Shown here: positions 9,044 through 18,283 of the stretch, in pieces | Layout of the letters: the number at the start of each line of letters is the position of its first letter | Numbering within the stretch: the first letter of the stretch is position 1 | From: an uncultured Candidatus Saccharibacteria bacterium | Lineage (GTDB): Bacteria > Patescibacteriota > Dojkabacteria > SC72 | Length of the DNA stretch: 64,000 nt | NCBI GenBank assembly: GCA_964655705.1 | Contig: CAZZPP010000003.1 | Span: 37,427-101,426 of the forward strand | Direction: 5' to 3' | Made by a program: the position numbers and the translations under genes | Notes under the pieces: generated by a model | The model's input: only the letters and a program-made list of their open reading frames with translations | Database searches by the model: none | Told to the model about the DNA's origin: nothing

Positions 9044-9310
9044 TTATAGAGATTCTACCACATCTATGTAGTATTGACCTCTTTTAAAGCCACTCATTCT
9101 CCTAAATTTAACAAAACCATCACTTTTAGCATGAATAGAGTAATCCTTAGAAGAGTATGTATTTTTACCAGGATGATATACAGAGCCTCTCTGCTTAACA
9201 ATGATATTACCAGATTGTACTCTCTCACCCTCAAACTTTTTTACACCTAGTCTCTTACCTGCAACATGGCCTCCCATTGTAACGCTACCTGCTCCTACAA
9301 CATGTGACAT
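9044..9310 (-). CDS. rpmA: 50S ribosomal protein L27
   Basis: The sequence MSHVVGAGSVTMGGHVAGKRLGVKKFEGERV...HPG... aligns with L27. There is no Prp-type N-terminal extension. Confidence 0.85.
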   Translation of the reverse strand: MSHVVGAGSVTMGGHVAGKRLGVKKFEGERVQSGNIIVKQRGSVYHPGKNTYSSKDYSIHAKSDGFVKFRRMSGFKRGQYYIDVVESL

Positions 9311-9332
9311 TGCTCTGTATATTTAAATTTAA

Positions 9333-10499
9333 CTATCTCTTTTCGAGTATGAAAATATTCCTTGCAATAATACTATTTATCCTCTTCCATTTCAAGTCCC
9401 CTTTTGAATATTTTCTATTTAAAACACTCCATCTTTTATCTATTAACTCAGATATATTAATAGTTACCCACCCCTTATTTGTTTTGTATGAAGGAAGTAT
9501 TAGTACTAATCTAAAACCTTTACTTGAAATCTGATTCACAATATTAAAAAAGGATATATACAACTTTCTAATATCATTAAGCAATTCCTGTGCCTTGTAC
9601 ATACTCACTACTCTTCTTTGTACTGGACCCATAAAGGGTTCACATACAATTGCATTGATATTCGTTTTCTTCAAATCCTTAATTACTCTCCTTTCGACAT
9701 TATGTATATCCAATTGAAAAATATTGTATTTAGTATTATGTATCAAACCCCTGTCAGAAAGCCACTTAATATTCTTGTTTGCAATCTCGAGTGCTCCTAA
9801 ATCAATATCAGAACCTAATATATCAAAACCCAAAACAGCAGCCTCCATAAGGATAGTACCACTACCACAAAATGGATCCCATATTACACCCTCACTAAGC
9901 CCTGTAAGATTACACATTATTCTAGCTAACTTTTGAGGTAATACTCCCATATCAAAATCAACCCCTGGCTTATCAATATCTCTACTAACAAATGCCTCAA
10001 TATCTTGAATGCCCATTGTAGATCCATATACTTTACCCATATTGCTTTCAAATATACATAACTCAAAGCCATCTTGTAGGATACCATTATTAATTACCTG
10101 TGCTGCGTTTAACTCTCGTTTTTTAGGAAGAATGAATCTAGTTGATACACTCTGAGATTTAAAGCCTCTCTTAATTTCATTAGCTAACCTTTGGATATCC
10201 TTAATTAATATATCACTCTCTCCTAATACCGATATACCATATACAACTTTTTTACTATTAAAAAAAGGAGTAAGAAATGAATCCAAATCCTCGATGACTT
10301 CACCATAACGGATAAAGCCTCCAAGTTTTTTGAATATGGTATTTAACTGCTCATGAGAAATAGTGTTACTCTCTACAAAAAGAATCGTATTACTAACATG
10401 CTTAATACAATCTTTTGATATACCAAAAGATTCAAAAACTAAACTAAGTTCTGCAAGGGAAATTTCAAAAAAATTACCACACTCAAAAAAATATCGCAT
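9333..10499 (-). CDS. THUMP-domain RNA methyltransferase (Trm11/RlmL-like m2G methyltransferase)
   Basis: The SAM-binding motif DPFCGSGTILMEAAVLG and the downstream VCEPFMG (an NPPY-like motif) are both present. The gene sits between rplU and rpmA. Confidence 0.6.
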   Translation of the reverse strand: MRYFFECGNFFEISLAELSLVFESFGISKDCIKHVSNTILFVESNTISHEQLNTIFKKLGGFIRYGEVIEDLDSFLTPFFNSKKVVYGISVLGESDILIKDIQRLANEIKRGFKSQSVSTRFILPKKRELNAAQVINNGILQDGFELCIFESNMGKVYGSTMGIQDIEAFVSRDIDKPGVDFDMGVLPQKLARIMCNLTGLSEGVIWDPFCGSGTILMEAAVLGFDILGSDIDLGALEIANKNIKWLSDRGLIHNTKYNIFQLDIHNVERRVIKDLKKTNINAIVCEPFMGPVQRRVVSMYKAQELLNDIRKLYISFFNIVNQISSKGFRLVLILPSYKTNKGWVTINISELIDKRWSVLNRKYSKGDLKWKRINSIIARNIFILEKR

Positions 10500-10831
10500 T
10501 AGACTATCTTCTTTACTAATACTCTACTAATTAATGCTCTATGACCCATACTCCTTGTATATCTTGACTTTGCTTTGTATTTAAAAACATCTACTTTCTT
10601 ATCCTTCTTCTGAGAAGTAATCTCTAATGTGACCTTACTACCCTCTACCAAAGGAGCACCCAGTTTAATATCTTTACCATCAAAAACAAGCAAGACATCT
10701 GTAATCTCAACCTTATCCCCCTTATTCCCTTCTATCTTGTTTACCTCATACTCTTTACCTTCATACACCTTTAATTGTGTACCAGATATTTTGATAACTG
10801 CAAATTTTTCAATATTTTCATTTTTACTCAT
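10499..10831 (-). CDS. rplU: 50S ribosomal protein L21
   Basis: FAVIKISGTQLKV ... RSMGHR matches L21. Confidence 0.85.
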   Translation of the reverse strand: MSKNENIEKFAVIKISGTQLKVYEGKEYEVNKIEGNKGDKVEITDVLLVFDGKDIKLGAPLVEGSKVTLEITSQKKDKKVDVFKYKAKSRYTRSMGHRALISRVLVKKIV

Positions 10832-10855
10832 GACCCAAGGATTTTAAGTTATTAT

Positions 10856-12178
10856 TCAATAATTGTCAATTATACTCTTACTACCCCTATGACTACTACT
10901 TCTATTCATTATACTTTGAACTACTCCTAATGAAAAGAGAGTAACAACAGTAATGGTCCCCCCTGCACTAACTAAAGGTAGGGGAATACCTGTAGCTGGT
11001 ACAACCCCCAGATTAGTACCTACATTAACAAAAACTTCTAGAAGTATTTTCATAGCAATACCAATAACGATAATTGAGGAGAATACATCATTAGATATAT
11101 CAATTGATCCAACAAAGATCTTAACAATGATAATTGCAAAAAGAGAGAGAAGTAACAAGGAACCAACTAAGCCATACTCTTCTGCAAAAGAAGCAAATAT
11201 GAAGTCTGTCTGGTGCTCAGGAAGAAAATCTCTTTTACTCTGAGTACCATTTCCAAACCCCTTACCAAATATCTGCCCTGAACCAATAGCAATTCTAGCT
11301 TGATTAACATTAAATCCGATATCTTGAGTACTTTGTGTAGGATTTAAAAATGCTTCAATTCTTTGCTTTTGATACTCCTTAAGTACATTCTTGTACATTA
11401 CCACAGAAGTTGCACCTAGAAATATACCTACAACAGCACTGACTACAATTAGTAATTTCCAACTATCTTTGTAGTAATATGCAAATATTGATAGAACAAT
11501 TGCTAAAACCGAAAGTAATATATATATCCAATTATCACTAAAACTAACTAGGAAGAAGGAAGAGGATATTAACCCTACAATTAAGAGAGATATACTATTT
11601 CTCAATTGATTACTTAATCCAGTAAATGCTACTAAAAACCATAGTATGAGTACTAGAAAAGACATACTCCCGGCAGGTTCAAAATAGATTAGCAAGAAAA
11701 TTGGTAATACTGCTAAGAAAGAAATTAGGAATAGTACCCACTGATTGTATCTTTCTTTGAATGAAAAGATTGCAGCTGTGGTAAGTATTACAGTAATTTT
11801 TGCAATCTCAGAAGGCTGTATCTGGATATTCCCAATAACTAACCATCTTTGAACATTGTTAATTACTGGTCCAAACAGATACACAGATATTAGAAGGAGT
11901 ATCGTAAAAATATATACAGGAATAATCAGTTGAAGGTATTTAAACAGAGATATATCTATAATGGTAGTAACAAAATATATTACAAATCCAAATACTAAAA
12001 ATAATATCTGCTTCCTAACAATATCAAAGTCCCCAAATTCTCCACTGCTTTCAATCGTAGTAGAGAGTAAGGTTATTACCCCAATTACAGATATTAAAAA
12101 TGTGGGGATAAATTGAAGAAAATCAATCTTCAATGTATTTAACTTCTTACTACCTATCTTCATCAACATTAATCTCAA
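10856..12178 (-). CDS. ftsW: SEDS-family peptidoglycan glycosyltransferase FtsW/RodA
   Basis: About 10 TM helices. The conserved C-terminal block is QTDFIFASFAEEYGLVGS ... PLPLVSAGGT. The gene lies in the division cluster. Confidence 0.85.
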   Translation of the reverse strand: MRLMLMKIGSKKLNTLKIDFLQFIPTFLISVIGVITLLSTTIESSGEFGDFDIVRKQILFLVFGFVIYFVTTIIDISLFKYLQLIIPVYIFTILLLISVYLFGPVINNVQRWLVIGNIQIQPSEIAKITVILTTAAIFSFKERYNQWVLFLISFLAVLPIFLLIYFEPAGSMSFLVLILWFLVAFTGLSNQLRNSISLLIVGLISSSFFLVSFSDNWIYILLSVLAIVLSIFAYYYKDSWKLLIVVSAVVGIFLGATSVVMYKNVLKEYQKQRIEAFLNPTQSTQDIGFNVNQARIAIGSGQIFGKGFGNGTQSKRDFLPEHQTDFIFASFAEEYGLVGSLLLLSLFAIIIVKIFVGSIDISNDVFSSIIVIGIAMKILLEVFVNVGTNLGVVPATGIPLPLVSAGGTITVVTLFSLGVVQSIMNRSSSHRGSKSIIDNY

Positions 12179-12380
12179 CTAATTTACTCTTACTCTTCAT
12201 ACCATGAATAATATTAACAGAGGATTTAGGAATATGGAAATAATTAGAAAGAGTATCAATCAATTCATTATTGGCTTTGTTTTTAATTGGCTTACTTTTT
12301 AGAGAAACTAAGTATATATTGTTTACTTTTACTACCGAGCTACTTTTAGAAAATGTTTTAACCTTAACTTTAATAATCAC
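12150..12380 (-). CDS. DUF167/YggU-family small protein
   Basis: The 76 aa sequence KANNELIDTLSNYFHIPKSSVNIIHGMKSKSKLVEI fits the YggU pattern. It sits between ftsZ and ftsW. Confidence 0.45.
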   Translation of the reverse strand: MIIKVKVKTFSKSSSVVKVNNIYLVSLKSKPIKNKANNELIDTLSNYFHIPKSSVNIIHGMKSKSKLVEINVDEDR

Positions 12381-12385
12381 AGTTA

Positions 12386-13633
12386 CTACTTTTTCTTGCC
12401 CGAAAACATTTTTCTCATAAAAGCGGGTTTGTCTAAGGGGTCTTCAAAATCATCAGAGATAGAAGATTCATCAATCTTTGGAGTGGCTCCTTTGTACACC
12501 TCCTCCTCATTAGTATCAGAGATATCTGTATCATCCTCCGTAGCATCAAACACCGTATTGTCATTAATCTCATCTTCGTCTTCTACTGCAAAGTTTTTAA
12601 TCTTTCCAGAAACATCTCCCAAACCAAATACATCTACATCATCTTCATCACCTTTTTGTTTCTTAGTAAATACCTGTTTGTTCTCATCAAAACCAGTAGC
12701 AACAATTGTAATAACTATCTCTTCTCCCAAGGAAGGATCAATTTGCGCTCCGAATTTAATATTTGCAGCAGGATCTACAGCCTCTTGTATTAATTCTGAT
12801 ACCATACTAATCTCAGGAAGTGTCAAATCCGCACCAACAATGTTGTAGAGAACACCTGTTGCTCCCTCAATAGACATATCCAGAAGAGGACTTGTAGTAG
12901 CTGCTCGTGCAGCTAATTCCGCTCTCTTTTCTCCACTTGCTCTACCAATGCCCATTAATGCAGTACCTGCATTTTGCATTACTGATTTAGCATCATTAAA
13001 GTCGGCATTAATATATCCTGTCTGACTAATTAAAGTAGATATACTATTTACACCCTCAGCCAAAACAGAATCAACCATCTTCATCGCTTCAATAAAGGAA
13101 ATGTTCGCATCTGCAATTTCTAAAAGTCTCTGATTAGGGACCACTATTAATGTGTCTACCTTGTCTCTTAAGGTACTAATACCCTCCTCTGCAATCTCTC
13201 TTCTTCTGTTACCTTCAAAATCAAAAGGTTTGGTTACAACAGCAACAGTTAATGCTCCCATGTTTTTAGCTACCCCTGCAATAATTGGAGCAGCACCTGT
13301 ACCAGTACCACCACCCATACCCGCAGTAATAAAGACCATATCTGCACCCTCTAAATGCTCCTGAATTTGATCTAAACTTTCCTCAGCAGATTGGGCACCT
13401 AACTCTTGATTCCCTCCAACCCCTAACCCCTTCGTTAAAGTTTCACCTAGTTGAAGTGTCACAGGTGCCTTAGAAAGCTTCAAGGTCTGAGCATCAGTAT
13501 TAAAGGCCATGAACTCTACACCAGGAATATCGTAATCAGTCATCATTGTATTAATTGCATTACATCCTCCACCACCAACTCCAATCACTTTTATTTTTGC
13601 TACTGGGTCTACATTTGTTGTAATTAATGGCAT
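12386..13633 (-). CDS. ftsZ: Cell division GTPase FtsZ
   Basis: IKVIGVGGGGCNAIN, the tubulin signature GGGTGTGAAP and a long acidic C-terminal linker are all present. Confidence 0.95.
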   Translation of the reverse strand: MPLITTNVDPVAKIKVIGVGGGGCNAINTMMTDYDIPGVEFMAFNTDAQTLKLSKAPVTLQLGETLTKGLGVGGNQELGAQSAEESLDQIQEHLEGADMVFITAGMGGGTGTGAAPIIAGVAKNMGALTVAVVTKPFDFEGNRRREIAEEGISTLRDKVDTLIVVPNQRLLEIADANISFIEAMKMVDSVLAEGVNSISTLISQTGYINADFNDAKSVMQNAGTALMGIGRASGEKRAELAARAATTSPLLDMSIEGATGVLYNIVGADLTLPEISMVSELIQEAVDPAANIKFGAQIDPSLGEEIVITIVATGFDENKQVFTKKQKGDEDDVDVFGLGDVSGKIKNFAVEDEDEINDNTVFDATEDDTDISDTNEEEVYKGATPKIDESSISDDFEDPLDKPAFMRKMFSGKKK

Positions 13634-13670
13634 AACTCTAAATTAACTTAAAATTAATATTCTGGGCAGT

Positions 13671-14978
13671 TTAAGGTATCAAAGATTTAAACCATTCTAC
13701 TACTCTCTTCTTAAAAGTTCCACTGTTTTTTACCTTAGCAGATTCAGCATCAACTTCATCATCAATAGCGTAATTAATCAAGCCCTGAGCACATGCAAAA
13801 GATGGATCTGAAATCTCCTCAATCATTCCTGTAAGACCAGAAGGATATCCTATTCTAGCAGCAACACCAAATACCCCCTGAGTAAACTTTGAGAGATCCT
13901 TAAGTAAAGCAGAACCACCAGAGAGTACTATACCAGCAGGCATATTAATCTTGAAACCTGCTTTTTCGACATTTTCTCTAGCCATTTCAAATATCTCCTC
14001 TAGTCTAGCCTCAATGATATTTTTAAGCATTTCTTTAGATACTTTTTTACCAGGAATATCCAAAACTGAAAGATCAATCTCATCTCCTCTCTTTAATTTT
14101 GGCTCTTCTTCCTCTAACTTTCTTAACAATGCAGGCGTAGAATCTGAAGACAGTTTTTTAGCCTTACTCTTGTTCTCTAACAAATCATTCATATGGACCT
14201 TAATCTTTTCAGCATCCTCAAGAGACACTTGCAATCCAATAGCGATATCACTAGTTATATTAATACCACCCAATGGAATTGTTCCACTATATATTACAGA
14301 ACCCTCTTCAAAAATGGATATACAGGTAGTACCAGCACCAATGTCTAGAAGAGTAACACCTAATTCTTTCTCTGTATCAGTAAGAACAGAAAGAGAGGAT
14401 GCCCAACCAGCAAAGACTACATCAAAAACATTTAATCCTAACTGCTCAACACATTTCTTTAAGTTTTGCCAGTATGAATTAGGAGTAGTAATGATGTGGG
14501 TCTCAACCTCTAACCTGTTTCCTGACATACCAATTGGATATCTAATACCCCCTTGATTATCTACAACAAACTCTCTAGGAATAATGTGGATTGGATTAAG
14601 ATTATCTGGTAAGGAAAGTGTACGTGCATTCTCAATAGCTCTGTATGTATCATCTACAGTAATCTCTGAACCAGCTACAGCAACAACCCCTTTGTTGTTC
14701 AAACTAGTAACCAATTCACCATTAATGGAAACATACACATCTGAAACTGTAACTCCTGCCATACGTTCTGCAGCTGTTACACTCTCAGATATTGCATTAG
14801 TTGCATCATCAATATTTACTACTACACCCTTTTTAATACCCTTACTAGGGTAGGAGCATACTCCAATTACTGATGGTGTCTCGTTATCCTCTGCTGAGGA
14901 TATTACTGTAGTAATCTTACAAGATCCTACATCTATTGCTGTTATTGTTTTACGTGCCATATGTTTAAGGGCAGTCAA
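13671..14978 (-). CDS. ftsA: Cell division protein FtsA
   Basis: Actin-like ATPase motifs ITAIDVGSCKI and DIGAGTT. It lies upstream of ftsZ. Confidence 0.9.
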   Translation of the reverse strand: MTALKHMARKTITAIDVGSCKITTVISSAEDNETPSVIGVCSYPSKGIKKGVVVNIDDATNAISESVTAAERMAGVTVSDVYVSINGELVTSLNNKGVVAVAGSEITVDDTYRAIENARTLSLPDNLNPIHIIPREFVVDNQGGIRYPIGMSGNRLEVETHIITTPNSYWQNLKKCVEQLGLNVFDVVFAGWASSLSVLTDTEKELGVTLLDIGAGTTCISIFEEGSVIYSGTIPLGGINITSDIAIGLQVSLEDAEKIKVHMNDLLENKSKAKKLSSDSTPALLRKLEEEEPKLKRGDEIDLSVLDIPGKKVSKEMLKNIIEARLEEIFEMARENVEKAGFKINMPAGIVLSGGSALLKDLSKFTQGVFGVAARIGYPSGLTGMIEEISDPSFACAQGLINYAIDDEVDAESAKVKNSGTFKKRVVEWFKSLIP

Positions 14979-15079
14979 ATATTACTTAAAATTAAAACTA
15001 CGTTGTATATAATATAGTCAAAAAAAACACACTTAGCAAGGAGCAATACAATTTTCACAAAGTATTCCAATATTGTCAA

Positions 15080-15859
15080 CTACAATTTCATTACTGGCCT
15101 CTCAAATCGTAAATCTAAACTAGTATATTTTATCATATCCCTATCTATCTTTTCACCAACTAAATACATTCTTGCAAGTTGTATATCTAAATCAGCAGAA
15201 AGATCAAATGTGAAGGTATGATTCTCAATATCCTTAAATGTTGCAACACCATTTGAAATATCTAAGGTAGTAATTTGATAGTTAAACTCAGATAGTACAA
15301 CCTCAACCATATATATCTCTTCAAAATATATTAACTTACGACCACTTTCTAACAGACTCGAAGATGATATAAATACTAAGGTGTTCTCATTAGTATAGTT
15401 AGTACACTCCTGTATGCACTCACTACAGACCTCTAATATCAACTCCCCTGTATCCGCAAAAAGTAAACATCTTTCTGAAGAATACCCTACATACATAGGA
15501 GGGAACTCTTCAATGGAAATCTCCAATGTATTTGGTAAAATCTTTTTAACAACAACATCCCTAATATATCCATCCTTCTCCATTAAAAGATTCTTTACAT
15601 CAAGAGGTTTAATACTGAAAATATTTTTCCCAATATATTGGCTAAGGTATGAATCTAATCCCTTAGGAGTTACATTTACTAATTCAGAATTAGTATATTC
15701 AAACCTTTTGATATCCCATACCCCAATTAAAAAGGATATCAATACAAAAAGAAGAAATAATATGAATGGAAGAATTTTTCTTAAAAAAACTACAACTGGA
15801 ACTCTCTTTACCCTGTTTAATACAATATTCTGTTTTTGTGCTACTCTTACCATATACAA
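15080..15859 (-). CDS. ftsQ: FtsQ/DivIB-like division protein
   Basis: One N-terminal TM, a POTRA-like segment and a beta-rich C-terminus. It is positioned upstream of ftsA. Confidence 0.55.
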   Translation of the reverse strand: MYMVRVAQKQNIVLNRVKRVPVVVFLRKILPFILFLLFVLISFLIGVWDIKRFEYTNSELVNVTPKGLDSYLSQYIGKNIFSIKPLDVKNLLMEKDGYIRDVVVKKILPNTLEISIEEFPPMYVGYSSERCLLFADTGELILEVCSECIQECTNYTNENTLVFISSSSLLESGRKLIYFEEIYMVEVVLSEFNYQITTLDISNGVATFKDIENHTFTFDLSADLDIQLARMYLVGEKIDRDMIKYTSLDLRFERPVMKL

Positions 15860-15935
15860 AGTGTAAACTATATATGATAAATTTGAAAGAGATTTTTAAC
15901 TTTTTCTTTTTTCTGCTAACATTTAGTTATTAAAA

Positions 15936-16568
15936 ATGATAAACCTTTTACTTACAAAACTCTTGGAAATACTAATTAGGATGGGTAATTGGGGAGTATT
16001 CCTCTCTGCTATAGGGATATTCCCAACTGAGATCATTATGGCAATACTAGGAGCAGAAAAGGAATCAAATATATGGATGATTGCACTTGCTTCAGGTTTA
16101 GGAGAAATGGTTGGTGGATACCCAGTATACTTAATTGGGAAGGTTCTTACTGGCGACAAAATATATGATTGGATAGATGGTAAGGGAAGATTCCTAAATA
16201 TTGATAGAAAGAAACTGGATAGGAACAAAAAAAGGGTTGTAAAAAGAAGTTACATATATATCTTCTTTACTCGCTTTGTACCATATCTAAGAGTTGTCTC
16301 GAGCTTGGCCTCTGGGGTATTGGAGTTAAATCTAATATTATTTTCCTTAACAGTATTTCTAGGATCATATATATACTCCTTGTTAATCGCATATATGGGA
16401 TACAGAGTCGGAGGAGATTTAGAAACTATTACCAAGTATATTAATCTCTTTGATAAATGGATCCTGTTCTTTACTCTCCTGTATATTGTTCTCTCTGTGG
16501 GGCTTAAGCATAGAAAAAGGATAGCAAAGTGGATAAACAAATTTAAACAGTATATTAGGAATAGGTAA
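15936..16568 (+). CDS. DedA/TVP38-family membrane protein
   Basis: VFLSAIGIFPTEIIM matches the DedA N-terminal signature. There are multiple TM helices. Confidence 0.55.
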   Translation: MINLLLTKLLEILIRMGNWGVFLSAIGIFPTEIIMAILGAEKESNIWMIALASGLGEMVGGYPVYLIGKVLTGDKIYDWIDGKGRFLNIDRKKLDRNKKRVVKRSYIYIFFTRFVPYLRVVSSLASGVLELNLILFSLTVFLGSYIYSLLIAYMGYRVGGDLETITKYINLFDKWILFFTLLYIVLSVGLKHRKRIAKWINKFKQYIRNR

Positions 16569-16588
16569 ATATCATTACATTGAAATAA

Positions 16589-16665
16589 TGGAGCGAGAGA
16601 CGGGGTTCGAACCCGCGACCTACACATTGGCAATGTGTCGTTCTAGCCAACTGAACTACTCTCGC
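16589..16665 (-). tRNA. tRNA-Gly, anticodon GCC, with encoded CCA
   Basis: The reverse complement gives GCGAGAG TA GTTC AGTTGGCTA GAAC G ACACA TTGCCAA TGTGT AGGTC GCGGG TTCGAAC CCCGT CTCTCGC T CCA. Confidence 0.9.
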
Positions 16666-16666
16666 A

Positions 16667-16742
16667 TGGTGCCGAGACCCAGATTTGAACTGGGGACCCT
16701 CTGTTCTTCAGACAGATGCTCTACCAACTGAGCTATCTCGGC
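16667..16742 (-). tRNA. tRNA-Phe, anticodon GAA, with encoded CCA
   Basis: The reverse complement gives GCCGAGA TA GCTC AGTTGGTA GAGC A TCTGT CTGAAGA ACAGA GGGTC CCCAG TTCAAAT CTGGG TCTCGGC A CCA. It lies 1 nt upstream of tRNA-Gly. Confidence 0.9.
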
Positions 16743-16789
16743 AATATATGGTAAAAAATGATATCAAATATCCAACTCCTAATCAATAT

Positions 16790-17491
16790 CTATTCGGATA
16801 GTACTACAGTACCACGTCTAGTTGGAAGTATCTCAACCCTACTACTTCTTACAAAAGCTCCCACAAGTATTAAAACTATCCCTACTATAATGCCTAAACT
16901 ATTCATATCTATACCTGTCTCAGGTATATCCTCAATATCTAAATAGAATGTTGCAGAGGAAGGCTTGGTAGTAAGGATATTTAATGAGGATGTCCCATCA
17001 ATAATTACGGACTTTAACTCCTCATCTAATCCTGAATGTTCAAATTCAAATACCACATCCTGTTTCTCTTGCGTAATTACATCAAACTCTAACCTAGCCA
17101 ATACCTCAGGTAAATCCTGTGTTACATAAAGGGGGGTACCCTCTGTTTGGATAACTCCTGTTAACATCACAATTCCCTCTGTATTATCCGTACTCTGTTG
17201 GTCATCTGGCCATAACTCAAATAGGGAGTTATCTCTAAGTGCTCTTCTAAGTTGTAAAACAGCTGGATCAAATTTAACCACAGCTCTGACCTTGTCTACC
17301 TCATATCCACCAGAGTCAATTAGGATATCAATAGTAAATCCCTCCTCAATATTTGATATCACTCCACTTGAAGGATAGAAAGAAAGGGATGGCTCTAAAG
17401 CATGTACTCCCATAAATGAGAGTAACAATATTAAAACAGAAAGAGATATAACCCCTAGTTTTTTTCTTCTCATATAAGTAGAATATACCAT
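16790..17491 (-). CDS. Secreted hypothetical protein with a C-terminal membrane anchor
   Basis: A signal peptide (LGVISLSVLILLLSFMGVHA), a beta-rich acidic body and a C-terminal TM (IIVGIVLILVGAFV) followed by a basic tail. Confidence 0.4.
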   Translation of the reverse strand: MVYSTYMRRKKLGVISLSVLILLLSFMGVHALEPSLSFYPSSGVISNIEEGFTIDILIDSGGYEVDKVRAVVKFDPAVLQLRRALRDNSLFELWPDDQQSTDNTEGIVMLTGVIQTEGTPLYVTQDLPEVLARLEFDVITQEKQDVVFEFEHSGLDEELKSVIIDGTSSLNILTTKPSSATFYLDIEDIPETGIDMNSLGIIVGIVLILVGAFVRSSRVEILPTRRGTVVLSE

Positions 17492-17518
17492 ATGTAATTA
17501 ATATAGCATATATGAAAC

Positions 17519-18283
17519 ATGGACATATTTAAAGTAGTAATATTAGGTATACAACAAGGTATTACAGAGTTACTCCCCATATCAAGTAGTGCACATCTTC
17601 TACTCACATCCCAGTTACTTGATATTGAGATGGACACATACCTACTTTCAATTCTTCATCTAGGTACAACATTGGCATTGATACTTTTCTACTTTCACTT
17701 CCTTTTTAAGGATATCTTTGGGAAGGAAAAAATATCCCTCTACCTTAAAATCTTTGCCTCCATACTACCTGTGGGAATAGTTGGATTACTTTTTGAGTCT
17801 ACAATTGAGTCCTCCCTTAGAGGAAACATAACAATCGCTATCTCCCTGATAGTATGGGGTATTGCTATGATATTAATTGAAAGAAGGAATGAGCCCAAGG
17901 AGATTGAATTTAAAGATATTACTTGGAAACAATCCCTTCTAATGGGTATTAGTCAGATATTTGCTCTCATCCCAGGAGGCTCTAGATCTGGAATCTCAAC
18001 ATTAATGGGTATGCTTACCGGGTTGAATAAATATACTGCCATCTCCTACTCTTTCTTAATGGGTATACCCATCCTTTTAGCAGTACCCATATTTGAAATA
18101 GTCAAAGAATATCCTCAGAGAGTATTAAATATGTATGATATTCTAGGAGTATTAGTTGCAGGGATATTCTCGTACTTAGGACTACTACTCTTAAAGAAAT
18201 TTAGTAAAAAGAATTGGCTAACTCTCTTTGGTATTTACAGAGTGGTATTAGGTATTGTAATTGTAGTAATTGAGATCTACTAA
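17519..18283 (+). CDS. uppP: Undecaprenyl-diphosphatase
   Basis: GIQQGITELLPISSSAHLLL is the BacA/UppP signature. There are 7-8 TM helices. Confidence 0.85.
   Translation: MDIFKVVILGIQQGITELLPISSSAHLLLTSQLLDIEMDTYLLSILHLGTTLALILFYFHFLFKDIFGKEKISLYLKIFASILPVGIVGLLFESTIESSLRGNITIAISLIVWGIAMILIERRNEPKEIEFKDITWKQSLLMGISQIFALIPGGSRSGISTLMGMLTGLNKYTAISYSFLMGIPILLAVPIFEIVKEYPQRVLNMYDILGVLVAGIFSYLGLLLLKKFSKKNWLTLFGIYRVVLGIVIVVIEIY

Noticed and set aside
12396-13364. Plus-strand ORFs (150 aa and 70 aa) antisense to ftsZ.
   Set aside because: They are Ser-rich low-complexity shadow ORFs opposite a strongly supported ftsZ. Similar antisense ORFs inside gpmI, ftsA, typA, ileS, gltX and rmuC were rejected for the same reason.
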